A program made the position numbers and the translations under genes. Shown piece by piece: positions 11,581-23,924 of a stretch of 33,563 bases of DNA. The notes beneath the pieces are model-generated. The model did no database searches. It saw only the letters and a list, made by a program, of their open reading frames with translations, and was not told where the DNA came from. The stretch's first letter is position 1. Every line of letters begins with the position of its first letter. The stretch lies in assembly GCF_001194135.2 (NCBI RefSeq), contig NC_068982.1, positions 168,473,647 to 168,507,209 of the forward strand. Reading direction: 5' to 3'. This DNA comes from Octopus bimaculoides (lineage: Eukaryota).

Positions 11581-12124
11581 TTTGCATTGTTGTTATTAAC
11601 TTAGTGAAACATTTATGAGAACGGAGCCAAGGAATAAGCCCCGCTTTCTCGGGAATTACCAGGTAAGTCAGCTAATATGTATATATCGTTATTAATAAAG
11701 GATTATCAATCCCGCCAAGATACTTCTTCAGTACTTTGTTAATACAAATACACCAGCCTAACAAAAGGGTTTTTGATTGGTATAGAACTACAGGTAAACC
11801 TATGGAGAAATCTGTAGTCGGAATCCATCACTTGTTGATTTCTATATTCATGGTTGCATTACCAACTTAATATGATATGTTTTCAGAGTGATATATAGGA
11901 AAAGGTATTAGTAATGGGCTTCATTCATCTATTCATTTGTGCATTGCAGACTTACAGCTGTCTCTGATATGCATTTAAGGTGCGATCATGTTTCCGTTTT
12001 TTCAATCGATCGATCGATTGATCTTTTAAAAAGTGAATGAGCTTTAAAAATGCTATCATCTTCGGAATCAGCACATCAAGTACAGTGTGTATATGTGTGT
12101 GAGTTTGTGTGTGTGATTTTCTGC

Positions 12125-12135
12125 AAATTTCAACA

Positions 12136-12168
<33 letters not shown>

Positions 12169-12197
12169 CGTATGTATATGTATATATACATATATAT

Positions 12198-12237
<40 letters not shown>

Positions 12238-12463
12238 TTCACATATATGTATATACATATACATATACGCACGCACGTACGCACACACACACACACACAC
12301 ACATATATTTGTATATATATATGTATATATATNNNNNNNNNNNNNNNNNNNNNNNNNNNNNNNNNNNNNNNNNNNNNNNNNNNNNNNNNNNNNNNNNNNN
12401 NNNNNNNNNNNNNNNNNNNNNNNNNNNNNNNNNNNNNNNNNNNNNNNNNNNNNNNNNNNNNNN

Positions 12464-12514
<51 letters not shown>

Positions 12515-12520
12515 CATGTA
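12125..12520. repeat. Compound (GT)-(AT)-(AC) microsatellite with N-gap
   Basis: Directly visible. Confidence 0.9.
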
Positions 12521-13009
12521 TATATCATATTGTATGTTGTATATCTATTACATATGTTTCAAAGGCATCAAAGGTTTCTACAACTGAAAGACAGCGTCGC
12601 TGCATCCAGAGCTGTCAGGTATACTATCTGGCTAAGAGAATGAGAATGAACATTTTACCCGGTGGTACATAAGTATGGACTGGGTTCGTGTATCCATGTA
12701 ATAAAGTGACGGTTAGAGTGTAATGAGAGGAGAATATATTAATAAGGGGAGGAAGACGTGCCCGCAGTTACTGAGTAGTGTACAAAGTATCATACCACAG
12801 GTCTTTCTCGAACTTGCATCCATATATACATTACTAGGTAAGTAGATAAAGAGATTTATTATTCCCCGATATCACATTCATATTCTGTTTACGGCTATGA
12901 AACTTCAAGTCATTATCTATAACCACTAAAATTACAAACAACAAATATATTTCACTCTACTACGTGTAGTGAGTACACTAGTTTTGTTCGTGCCAATAAA
13001 AGCTATTTA

Positions 13010-13043
13010 ATGTATATGTGTGCATGTGTGTGTATATATGTGT

Positions 13044-13100
<57 letters not shown>

Positions 13101-13137
13101 TATATGCATATATATGTGTATATATATGCATATATGC

Positions 13138-13169
<32 letters not shown>

Positions 13170-13330
13170 CCAAGCACACATACATGTATGTGCATATGTA
13201 TGTGTGTTGTATACAAGTATATATGCAGGTGCTAATATAGAAATATAGGAAAAACATATACATGCCCGTTCTGTACACACATAGATATATCTGTGTGTGT
13301 GTGTGTGTGTCTGTCTGTCTGTCTGTCAGT
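13010..13330. repeat. Compound (AT)/(GT)/(GTCT) microsatellite field
   Basis: Directly visible. Confidence 0.85.
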
Positions 13331-14054
13331 CTGTGTGTTCGAGTGCATGTGTGTCTGTACGTCTTTGTTCTTGTGAGCAATGTGTGCATATGAGCTTATA
13401 TATGTTCGTACGTATATACAATGGCGACTTTATCGATGCCGATATAACAACAAACCATAACGAATGGCAAATGAAGCGGAAGAAGACAAACAATTTCAGC
13501 TTTAACACATCCATTTCCTATATCTTGTTTATTTGTTTACACTGTTATTTATGTTTCACTGGGTTCCCAACTCTCACCCACCCCTCTTTTATTTATTTTG
13601 TTACCCTCTGATGTTCGAAAATAGTTTCATATCCCAAATATAGTAACATGTTCAGTCATAGGATCCTATATCACAGCATTTTCTGAATGGTCTATAATGG
13701 AACGGAATAAATATCCATAAACATACATATATATAACGGAGAAGAGAAAAAATCTCGCAGCGCTGACGTTTATTTTCACTTTCACTATTCATCCTTTTGT
13801 TTGTATTTATTTTCTTTGTTTATTTTTTCATTATCTAGTATCCCTTCTCTGTTTTGCTTCCTTTTCTCTTTCTCTTTCTCCCTATCACTCTGCCTATCTC
13901 TATTCGTAATATATATGCACACACACTTGTTTATATTTAAATATATTAAATATATATATATATATATACATATGTACGTATATATGAACGTGCTAATGCA
14001 TATATACATATATATATATATATGGACAATCATGTATGCATATACGCACATGCG

Positions 14055-14092
<38 letters not shown>

Positions 14093-14579
14093 CACTAATA
14101 TATTTATGCACGTAAGCATATGATGGCTGCAACTGAATTTTGAACAATGACATCGCTTTGTTTCTTTCATTTTTCTTTTAGAGCAAGGCCGATGTTTCGC
14201 TAGGGACCTACAAGTGTTCAACCAGTTGCCACCCGAGGTGACACATGCCTTTATTCCATCATGGTATTTCTTATGAGCGTTTTGCTCTTGTTCTATCATG
14301 GCCAGTCAAAGTCTGCAATTACATTATGCATTTGCCCTAAAAGAACAAATACTCTATGTCATTGGATGCAAATGAAGTCGCAAAGTTTACATCAGAGGTT
14401 ACCTTCTTCTAAGGAGATTTCTAAACAAAGAGAAGGGATTTCTCTCTGGTTTATATGTTACTTGTCATAATAGGTCATTCTTATTGGTCGCGGTAACATA
14501 TGTTTATACACACTTCCTTAGACACACGGACGCACGTACACACATACATACGTATATTATATATTTATACGTATATGTG

Positions 14580-14625
<46 letters not shown>

Positions 14626-14756
14626 GTTCTATAAGGATATATGTATATATTGGGTCATCCCATAAATAATGCGGTTTTTTCAATTGCATGAACTAAAAGT
14701 CGGACGGTAAAGGGATAAACTACTTGCATCAACTTGTTATAAAAGCAGGTAGTCAT

Positions 14757-15410
14757 TTTACTCTGTACTTATTCTTACTCTTTTTACTCTTTTACTTGTT
14801 TCAGTCATTTGACTGTGGTCATGCTGGAGCACCGCCTTTAGTCGAGCAAATCGACCCCAGGACTTATTCTATCGGACCTTTTGCCGAACCGCTAAGTTAC
14901 GGGGACGTAAACACAACAGCATCGGTTGTCAAGCGATGATGGAGGGACAAATACAGACAAACACACACACACACACACACACACANNNNNNNNNNNNNNN
15001 NNNNNNNNNNNNNNNNNNNNNNNNNNNNNNNNNNNNNNNNNNNNNNNNNNNNNNNNNNNNNNNNNNNNNNNNNNNNNNNNNNNNNNNNNNNNNNNNNNNN
15101 NNNNNNNNNNNNNNNNNNNNNNNNNNNNNNNNNNNNNNNNNNNNNNNNNNNNNNNNNNNNNNNNNNNNNNNNNNNNNNNNNNNNNNNNNNNNNNNNNNNN
15201 NNNNNNNNNNNNNNNNNNNNNNNNNNNNNNNNNNNNNNNNNNNNNNNNNNNNNNNNNNNNNNNNNNTATATATATATATACATATATACGACGGGCTTCT
15301 TTTCAGTATATATGTATATATACACATATTTACATATCATAAGGGTACACGAAGCGCCTTAACTCCAGGAATTTTTAACTTGGTAAGTAAATCTTGCTGA
15401 AGACAGCTCA
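14757..15410 (-). mobile_element. SINE (family B) with internal (CA)n/(TA)n spanning an N-gap
   Basis: tactcttttacttgtttcagtcatttgactgtggtcatgctggagcaccgcc..gtcgagcaaatcgacccc..ccgaaccgctaagttacggggacgtaaacac. It continues after the gap as atatacgacgggcttct, with a degenerate head near 15340-15410. It matches a high-copy octopus SINE as I recall it. Confidence 0.8.
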
Positions 15411-15784
15411 CGTTTTTTACCGAAACTCGAAATCATGATACAGGTATATCCAAATTACCTAACTATATAGCATTAAGCGGTGATGGCATGTCAAAATGTT
15501 TTTACTCGTTCACCAGACTACTGTTGCTATCTGTTGAAATTTTCAGTGTCATTGGTGGTTTAGTTCAGGGTTTTAACTCCACTTTCTAGCAGGTAGGCGC
15601 TTTGTGTGCCCATAGGATAAATATATACTTTAATTGTATAGTTAGCTAACGCTATTTAAAGCCTACAGCCACCTATATTTTTGTTGTTATTATCAATTTA
15701 TATGTAATAACAATAATAATATCTTTGTAAATATTCGCTTTTGAATATTTACTCCTTATTATATATATACATTTTATATATATT

Positions 15785-16103
15785 TAGAAGATAAACGACC
15801 ATCTTTGGTTTCAAGACGAAAGGTGTTCTTCCATCAGGTTAATGCTCAGCCTCATACATCGAGGATGACATTCGAATGACTGAAGCAGTTTGTATGGAAA
15901 ACGCTGCTCCACCCACCATATTTGCCGGACATTGCTCCCATCAGATTATCATTAATTTCGTAGTTTTCAAAATCATTTGGGCAGAAAAAATATGAATTCT
16001 GTAGACGAGATCTGAACATTACTGGCGGAATATTTTTCGTCACGGACAAATGAATTTTGGAAGACGGGCCTTGCAAGTCTACAAGATAGATGGAAGAGCA
16101 TTC
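15785..16103 (+). mobile_element. Mariner transposase C-terminal relic
   Basis: Translation LEDKRPSLVSRRKVFFHQVNAQPHTS..LLHPPYLPDIAP(fs)SDYH*FRSFQNHL..FWKTGLASLQDRWKSI includes the HQDNA-like and YSPDLAPSD-like motifs. Confidence 0.9.
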
Positions 16104-16104
16104 T

Positions 16105-16261
16105 CCTTGTTTTTCTCCTTATTTCTTTCTGTGTTCCTTTCTGTTGAAGAGCGTAGGCTCGAAACGTTAAAGACTTTCTCTATTCCCGAGCGTTATACTA
16201 ATACATCTATTTGTTGTTTACACCACCTGTCTTCGTCTGTTGTTTTTTCGTGACTTCTCCC
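16105..16261 (+). mobile_element. Penelope-like element terminal (pLTR) fragment carrying a hammerhead-like motif
   Basis: Pyrimidine-rich leader followed by ctgttgaagagcgtaggctcgaaacgttaaagactttc, the TGA..G-stem-CGAAACGT signature typical of Penelope-like element ends. Confidence 0.6.
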
Positions 16262-16275
16262 CTATATATATATAT

Positions 16276-16313
<38 letters not shown>

Positions 16314-16574
16314 AGAGAGTGGGGTGGTAGTAATGAACATAAACATAGTTAAGCTTCATGTAACTATATTTATATGGAACACAAAGAATAAATGTGTAAA
16401 AAATAACGAATAAAACATGAAGAAAATATGTAGCCTAGACAGCTGTTTCAGGAGGCTCCGAGTCGTGTAATAATCATAATAAGAATAAATTGCATATAAA
16501 ATGTGCAAGAAATCATTGGTATGTAACGGGTGACCAGTCACATGCAGGTATTACAATAAGAGCTTCCCTCATCA

Positions 16575-17015
16575 TCAGAAGATTGGCAAACTCTACTCTT
16601 CAATTGCTATTTTACAATCTTCCAGCCGAACTTGTAATACTTTGTAATTGAGAGTTATACCAGACCATGAAATGGATGTCACTGAACTGTTCCAGAAGTC
16701 CCAGCTGCCTCATCTAAGGCAAGGACTATGTACTGCAATAGCTTGGGATTCAAGGGCCCACTGCTCTTTAACTCCTTGCCGAAATATCTTAGGGATCCCT
16801 ATGGAGTGGGAGTAGAAGTTATCATGAAACAACTTGACTTCTTATTATCCAAGCTCCCAGATAAACCAATATCAAAGCAGGAAACTCAAAAGAGGACAGC
16901 GATTTCGACGTCCTTCTTCACCAAAAGCCAATCCCATAGAATTGGCTAATTAAAAGGTGATTACACCGGCGGTGGCCCAGCATGACCGCAGCCTCAAGGC
17001 TGAAAGATATAATAA
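16575..17015 (+). mobile_element. CR1-like LINE 3' fragment, same family as 45-955
   Basis: MYCNSLGFKGPLLFNSLPKYLRDPYGVGVEVIMKQLDFLLSKLPDKP, followed by the tail cagataaaccaatatcaaagcagga..cttcaccaaaagc..ggcggtggcccagcatgacc. This aligns to the reverse complement of 50-200. Confidence 0.85.
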
Positions 17016-18778
17016 GATATATATACACTCACATGCATTCATATACATACAGTGAGTGAAAGAGAAGATGTGTATCTGTGCGTGCACATATTCTCTTATA
17101 CACGTAATGTATTCACACTCACACTTATAAACACACATACATTCAGATTTACGTATACATAGTTATATCTGTAGATATGTATATGAATGAGAGCTTATTC
17201 TGTATCGTATACGTACTTTTTTCTTTGTCATTCACTTTCACACATACAGTGTATGTACACACATGTGTCTGTGTAAGTGTGTACGTGAGTGTGTGCGCGT
17301 GTACGCGCGTACATGTGTGTGTATGTATACACTCAAACAGTAGGTAAACGCAGGGGTGGGGTTGAGGGGGACGAAAACGAAAATAGGTAGCAAATTGGAA
17401 TTCTAAAGAAACCAATATATGCAGAGGACAAAATCGATATATAAGTTTGAAGAGTTCCTAACGCATCTGCGCCTTTAATTAACTTCTTATTTGAAAGCGA
17501 AATCTTTAAATATATTTCTTTCTTCACTTGGAAATTAATTAGCACATTAAAATCAAAAATACTTTCTAGAAGGAATCTATAAATTTATATTGACCCATCT
17601 TCCGACATAATGGAATCATATAGATATATTCAGATGAACAACAACATACTTTCCTAACCAATTTTCAATTTTACACTTTCTTTTCTAAGAAAAACATTTT
17701 ATTTTTTTATCAGACACTTCGAAGAGTATCAAACCAAGGTTCTTACATGTCTAAAATGTTGGTTATTTTGATATCAGTAACATTTATTCAGTCCTCTAAA
17801 CATTCATGTATTTCGTTTCTGAAATTTCTCGCCGATGGAAAAAAAAACTTTTCTTAATCCAGAAAAAACTCTTTCACTACAATTTAGACATATACTGGAT
17901 AGTAAAGATAAACGTAAATATCTTGTAAGTATATATAAATGAATTGCGTATACGTTTGCACATTACGCATGATTGCAAGCATTAACGTTATTGCATGATT
18001 GACTCTGTATATTTAGACTTATGTATGTGTACACATATGTATGTTACGTTTGAATGTCTACACGCGTGTTTATGCATTTATTACATACTAAACTCCTGGA
18101 ATGTTTTTCTCGTTTTACATATATCCATTGACATATTAATGGTTTGTAGCTCTATAGTCCAAATTAACTGTTCCTTATCTGGCTTTCTTTGACCTAGCTT
18201 CTCAAAATTGCTGCTGAGGCAGTCTGTTTTGTATCCAGGTCTCCTCTGTGTGTGTATGTATATATGTATCGGCAACTCTACCACGTCTTGGTAAGTAGAG
18301 TCCTTTTCGTTTGACACCCTGTAGGACGTAAAACAAAATTTGTCAAAGACCGAACGGATTCAGTAGAGTTAACAGCAATCTAACAAGGTAGTGGAGACGG
18401 GTCGCTAGTCTTTGTTTCAAAAGGTCCCTGAGAGAAAGAAATTCCAAAATAACACCTACTTCATTGCTAAGCCAGAGATCTTTGTCTTGTTCGTATCTGG
18501 AATACTTGACTTCGTAGGTGAAACTCTTAACGGTGTCGTAAAAAACTATTAGTGAGTTAAAAGTTCAACATTGTCATTGCTAACAGTATTGTCTTTATCA
18601 TCTATGATTAAATAATTTGTCAATGATAGTCATATTCGTCTACGAGTTGGCAGCCATCACGTATGTGTATACTTAGTCTATGTGCATTAAGCATATACGT
18701 TTATATGTCCTTGTATATCATTTTGATGAATTGTGTAGTGAGAAACGTTACTTTTGTGTTCCATAATATGGAACACAA

Positions 18779-18912
18779 AGAGAGACGAAACAATGAATGC
18801 AGAGAGACGAAACAATGAATGCAGAGAGACGAAACAATGAATGCAGAGAGACGAAACAATGAATGCAGAGAGACGAAACAATGAATGCAGAGAGACGAAA
18901 CAATGAATGCAG
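18779..18912. repeat. Perfect 22-bp minisatellite, 6 copies (AGAGAGACGAAACAATGAATGC)
   Basis: Six identical tandem units at 18779-18910 plus a 2-nt partial unit. Confidence 0.97.
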
Positions 18913-18957
18913 CAATGATATAGCAGTTAGGAACGTTAAAACACTACATTAAGATAT

Positions 18958-19188
18958 TGGTTTCAAATCTTGGTACAAGGATAGCACTTCCATGGGTGGT
19001 GTAAGTCGATTACATCGACCCCCCCCCCCCCACACACACACACAATGCTCAAATATTTCTTAATTTATCAACCCCGAAAGAATGAAAGGTAGTTAACCTC
19101 GAAATTTGAACTCAGAACATAACGACGGACAAAATAACGCTAAACATCTTGCTCGGCGTGCTAACGAGTCTGCAAGTTCACTGCCTTA
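18958..19188 (-). mobile_element. Near full-length SINE (family A) with internal C12/(CA)n
   Basis: ggtttcaaatcttggtacaagg..gtcgattacatcgacccc..tttatcaaccccgaaagaatgaaagg..gaaatttgaactcagaac..ggcgtgctaacgagtctgcaagttcactgcctt. The tRNA-like head is at the right end. Confidence 0.85.
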
Positions 19189-20233
19189 TACTACATTAAA
19201 ATATTGGCTTTTAATTCAGCACAAATCAACATGTTTGTAAGTAAATGCGTGTATGTTTTATTTATTTTTTTAAATATATCAGGTTAGGTGTAGTGATAGT
19301 TATGACCAGTTAAAAACCCACAATATTAATGCGATTAATGCATTCGATATTTGGTTTGAACCTTTAAAGTTGATAACGAGCAGAATTTCAAATTGCAAAA
19401 GACTTGTGCAAAATATAATGTAATTCTAAGCTGTTTGTGTTCAATAAGTTTGAGTATGTACAGTTTTGTGTCCGTGCCTCTGTGTGTGTGTGTGAGTGTG
19501 TGTGTGTGTATGTGTCCGTGCCTCTGTGTGTGTGAGTTGTGCACGTATGAATATTCGTGTATGCCCGAATGAGTGCGTATGTACTGCCCTTAAACAATGA
19601 AAAGATTTGCTACTCTAAACGTAGCGTAGAAAATAACAACAGGGGAACTGAGATGATTAGTGCAGACAACGAAAAACTACTATTCAATAAATATGTAAAT
19701 GGAAATTTTCGTAATAAACACAAAACTATACAAACCAGGTAAATTTGTGAGTCGCATAGAACGAAATTATATATCATAGCTAGGAAAACTATCTCCCTCA
19801 TTGACATTTATATCATAATCTTGTATGTCAATACGAATATTATATATCGCGATGTCTAGTGAAAAATCTAAAGTCGCTTTACACAAACTGATCGTTCGTT
19901 TAGATAATTTCTGTTATTTATTGGCTTGGGCACCTAGCAATATTCACATAGTTTTCCTATATATCTCAGAGATATGCTCAATATAAATGTAGTCTATTTT
20001 GAATTCTGCATGATATTTGTGGTATGGAAATTTTAAAGACATTTCATAAATTCCGCGTCTAATATAATAGATTATAGTTGCTACAATGGAAGTCTTTCAT
20101 CTCGGAAAATTATTATTTCGCTTGCACAAAAGCGGCAGACACTCTCACACAAACAATTCATATGTAAGTACCGAAGTTTACGATGTGTGTCTATATGCGT
20201 GTATCTCTACCTATCTATCTATCTATCTATCTA

Positions 20234-20298
<65 letters not shown>

Positions 20299-20578
20299 AC
20301 GTCTGTTGTTTTTTTGTGAATTCTCCCTATATATATATATAGGCTGTATATCGGTATACACATAAATATATACATAAGTATGTGTGTGTGCGCGCACGTA
20401 TTTGTCTCTGTCAGTACGTGTGGACTTTTGTGGCTTTCAATGCAAAGTCTTTTAAATATTTTCCTCTTCTGGATTTTAAGAAATGACAATTATAACAAGG
20501 GCTGTAACATACAATTTTCTGATAAAACACCACTATAGTTTTCTCATTTACCTATAGTTAATCAATTACTGTTCTCAG

Positions 20579-20655
20579 ATAATGCAGAGAGAGGAAAATA
20601 CTATATTTATACCAGTAAAGGATCCTTGCAACTAAGAAGTGTGTGTCGAAATACT
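20579..20655 (+). CDS. Candidate internal exon, product unknown (DNAERGKYYIYTSKGSLQLRSVCRNT)
   Basis: Acceptor attactgttctcag, donor ACT|gtaagc; 77 nt with a single open frame. No homology anchor. Confidence 0.3.
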
Positions 20656-21694
20656 GTAAGCCTGACACTATCATTAAGCCAATACTCTACTCTTCCTGCT
20701 CCTCCACCTTCCTCAAACGTACTATAATAACTCATATATGTATCCGAGACTCAAAGTCGATATATTTAACATAGAATACACTAGTGTATGTATGGTGGAC
20801 ACAATGAACCTCGGGACTAAATATCGTAAAATATTTAGATCAGCCCACTCTAAATTTCGAGTACAAATTACGCTATTGATTATTTTGCTTTTCACCTTTA
20901 TAGTGTTAATAAAATACGTGCTATTTGTATAATGTTGTTAATAGCATGCATATGCTTATAAAGACTCCCTACAAATGCGGAGGGTTTAGCAGCTTATAAT
21001 AAATCAATATTTATATAAACGTATGTATGTATAATTGATTGAATCGACCGAAGTATATATTACTAACACTTGTATGAACTGCTGAACTACTGAAGGAGCA
21101 CCTACGGGGATGCTCAATATACCAGATATAGCAGCCAAATCTCTCTCAAATCGCACTCGCACTATCGCTTCTTAATATAGAATAGCTATATTGTATCAAG
21201 TAGTCTTATTAATTGCCAGAGAAAACCAGGATGGTCGCGGCTAGAATGTCTTTCATCATGTAACATTTTACCCAGTGCAAACATAACACCTATAATGAAT
21301 TACAAGATTTATCTAAATGTAAATAGTTTTATTCTGTATATGTAATGAATGCAGACATGCTAGGCATCGCTTTACATGGTTACTGTTTTACACAAATCAG
21401 CAACCGATTGAATCAATGGCACACTGGACTAGAAACCAAAATATCCTTAGCTTGTTTCCCTTATCCCAATATTGACTCTTCGTGGCATACGAGATATAAA
21501 GGTAAATAATGCTGCATAACATTGACTACTTCGCATTAAATAGCAAAGGTACTTAACCGCTACTGGTTCTATTCACTAGGTGCAAATAATGTAACAAGAA
21601 CTCTGTACACCCCATCAATGCTTCTAGTTTATATTCTATTGAAAATACTGAGCCTAACTCTCCCTGTTTTAAATGAATTTCTGTCGGTTTCGTT

Positions 21695-21780
21695 GATGAG
21701 TGCTCCAATTGTCCAATCAACGAAACAGCCTGATCATTGAATTAGCTTACAAGTGGCTGGGTATTCCAGAGAATTAGAGA
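21695..21780 (+). mobile_element. Fragment of a third SINE-like family
   Basis: ttctgtcggtttcg..atcaacgaaacagcctgatcattgaattagcttacaagtggctgggtattcc resembles an internal segment of a common octopus SINE. The resemblance is from memory only. Confidence 0.45.
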
Positions 21781-21837
21781 GAATCAGTACGACTATATGC
21801 AATAATGCTGGCTTTTTGAATTTAGCTCACAACCCAT

Positions 21838-21960
21838 CCGGCGGGCTTCCTAACTGTTTCTTTCTACACAATTTCTTTCAGGACGCTCGGATTGAACCGA
21901 GGCTATAGTCACACAGTAGTTTCGAACCCAGAACTTTATGATTGAAAACGAGCTCTATAG
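21838..21960 (-). mobile_element. SINE family B 5' fragment
   Basis: ggcgggcttcctaactgtttc..ccgaggctatagtcacacag..ttcgaacccagaac. The cgggcttc segment is shared with 15288-15300, and a B-box-like gttcga lies on the minus strand. Confidence 0.55.
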
Positions 21961-22322
21961 TAATACCGTCTATGTCTGCTCTTCATTCATCGAGATATCA
22001 TAATAGCACAATCGATACGTTATAATGCTATGTAGACTTTATCCGTTTATCCTGTAGACTAGCGATATACATAAGAATGTGTGGAGGAAGAATGAGTGAT
22101 AAAATAAAGTATCTTTAACTGATACAGCTTATATTGGAATCCATCAGAAAAACCGCTCTATCTCATTAATATTTTAGACATTTTATATCCTACCTAAGTG
22201 TTTATTGAATCTCAAATAAAGAATGTATCCTACATCACACAGCAGTTGTAAAGCTATATCTCTAATTACATAAATATTGGTTTCATACAAATATCCACTC
22301 ATATGTATGCACATACACATAA

Positions 22323-22323
<1 letters not shown>

Positions 22324-22413
<90 letters not shown>
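22324..22413. repeat. (ATT)~30 microsatellite with one interruption
   Basis: Directly visible; explains the poly-Leu ORF. Confidence 0.95.
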
Positions 22414-22415
<2 letters not shown>

Positions 22416-23528
22416 ATCAATGTAACATTATCATATTATTACCTCACTATGCAGCTGATTCCACTTAGATATTTATTTAGCAATTCAGTAATAAATGGAC
22501 CTCTGTTCAGCCTTTATTCTATGTGATTTTATTATACACATATTTATTGCATATTTCTTTTGCAGTCTTTAGAATCCATAATTTCTACGGCTTTTCAATG
22601 AAGCAACATTGTGATTTATTGATATGTTTGTAACGTTCCATAAATAAAAGCATTGTATTAATTACGTTTGGTTCTTTGCACTCTAAATTAGTCTTCAAGG
22701 TTAGTATGATTTAAATGCAGCATTAAGTACTTATATTTTATCATTTCCTAGTTCAAAATCTCAACGTAGTCGACAATATTTTTGAACCTGTCGATGAGAT
22801 ACAATTTTACCCTTGAAGTAATCGCTGGGCCCACATTCAGTTACCTAGTGTTGCCAGAGAGTGACAAGGGTGTGTATGAGAGTCCAACTGATGAGTAAAT
22901 ATTTTTATGAAGTAGATTAAAAAAAAAAAAAAACGATTCTTTGTCTTTTTATTCAAGTCTCTCTTACAGTCACCATCCCTCTGGTTTAAATGCTACGGCC
23001 AGTTCATTAATAAATGTATTATCAATGCGTCAGTACACATGATTGACATCTCCACAAATTATGTTAAGCAAACGATAAAAAAATGAAATTTATTCTCTTG
23101 TGACCCTGTCACTTAGTAGCTTAAACACTCAGCTATATTAACATCGATTATGCCATGAATTTTTTTATATGTAAATATGAGATGCATAATGTGAAAATGA
23201 TGCTTACTTTATATAACGAATTTTAGTACAGGATTGTTATTTATTTTAACTCCAGCGGTCATATAAAACGACAGTACATGACTTAGTATTTGACCTCAGA
23301 TTATTATGAAACACACTGAATATTTGAAGACAATTACTCCAAAGATTTAATGTTCTGCTACATCACTATTATTTGATATCAGAAACAATTGTATTGTTAT
23401 AATAGCCATATATTTTATGAAAAACGTAGTGTAATAAATTGAGAAATCTTCAGAACTTTAAACAAAATTTACTCATAATTAAAACCAACTTATAATAGTG
23501 CTTTCTTCAAGATTTTCTAACTTTATAG

Positions 23529-23574
23529 AAATAAGAGGCAAAATTCCATTAGATACCAAATCTGTTCATTGCAG
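23529..23574 (+). CDS. Candidate internal exon (IRGKIPLDTKSVHC)
   Basis: Long pyrimidine tract with ctaac and tttatag acceptor; donor CAG|gtaact. Phase-compatible with 23925-23998. Confidence 0.3.
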
Positions 23575-23924
23575 GTAACTTTATCACACTTTATCTAACT
23601 AGATAACCATAAGTCTTTTCCTCGAATATAGAGCTAGATACTTTCTACATCGCCGTATATACTCAACTACATCGATTCTATACAACTAAATGGCTGTTTC
23701 TATTCTATCTATGTCCAAGATATAAACAAATTCCCACAGAGTAGTCTGGACAACAAATGTGACTCACCAATCTAATGGATAGGTGTTATCTATTCAGATT
23801 AGGAATTAAAGCACCTATAACCTTTGCAGTGACTCGCAATGGAAAGGACAGAAAGCAAAGCATCTCATGCGTTAAAATGAATTGAAAAAAGCACAACTCA
23901 ATTTTAGTTATTCCTATACCGTAG

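Noticed and set aside
12003-12020. 18-bp perfect palindrome caatcgatcgatcgattg
   Set aside because: It is mostly a self-complementary (ATCG)n micro-repeat.
11605-14237. Other GT-AG segments (11605-11662 ETFMRTEPRNKPRFLGNYQ; 14182-14237 QGRCFARDLQVFNQLPPE; also 8232-8292, minus 4070-4143, minus near 27438-27457)
   Set aside because: Equally good candidates occur on both strands, consistent with chance GTAAG and pyrimidine-tract frequency in AT-rich DNA. There is no homology anchor or consistent phase chain.
17352-17370. G-rich ggggtggggttgaggggg as a G-quadruplex
   Set aside because: It has only three G-tracts.
18081-18317. 78-aa minus ORF preceded by a strong acceptor
   Set aside because: It contains a translated (AT/GT) low-complexity patch, has no recognisable domain, and has no good donor.
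18779-18912. Possible CRISPR-like array
   Set aside because: No spacers, eukaryotic context, and no cas genes.
19467-19535. Duplicated tgtgtccgtgcctctgtgtg unit (44-nt period)
   Set aside because: This is ordinary slippage duplication within a (GT)n field.
22566-22816. Peptides FRIHNFYGFSM (GH31-like HNLYG) and QNLNVVDNIFEPVDEIQFYP*
   Set aside because: The similarity is too short, no other glycosidase motifs are present, and splice support is incomplete.
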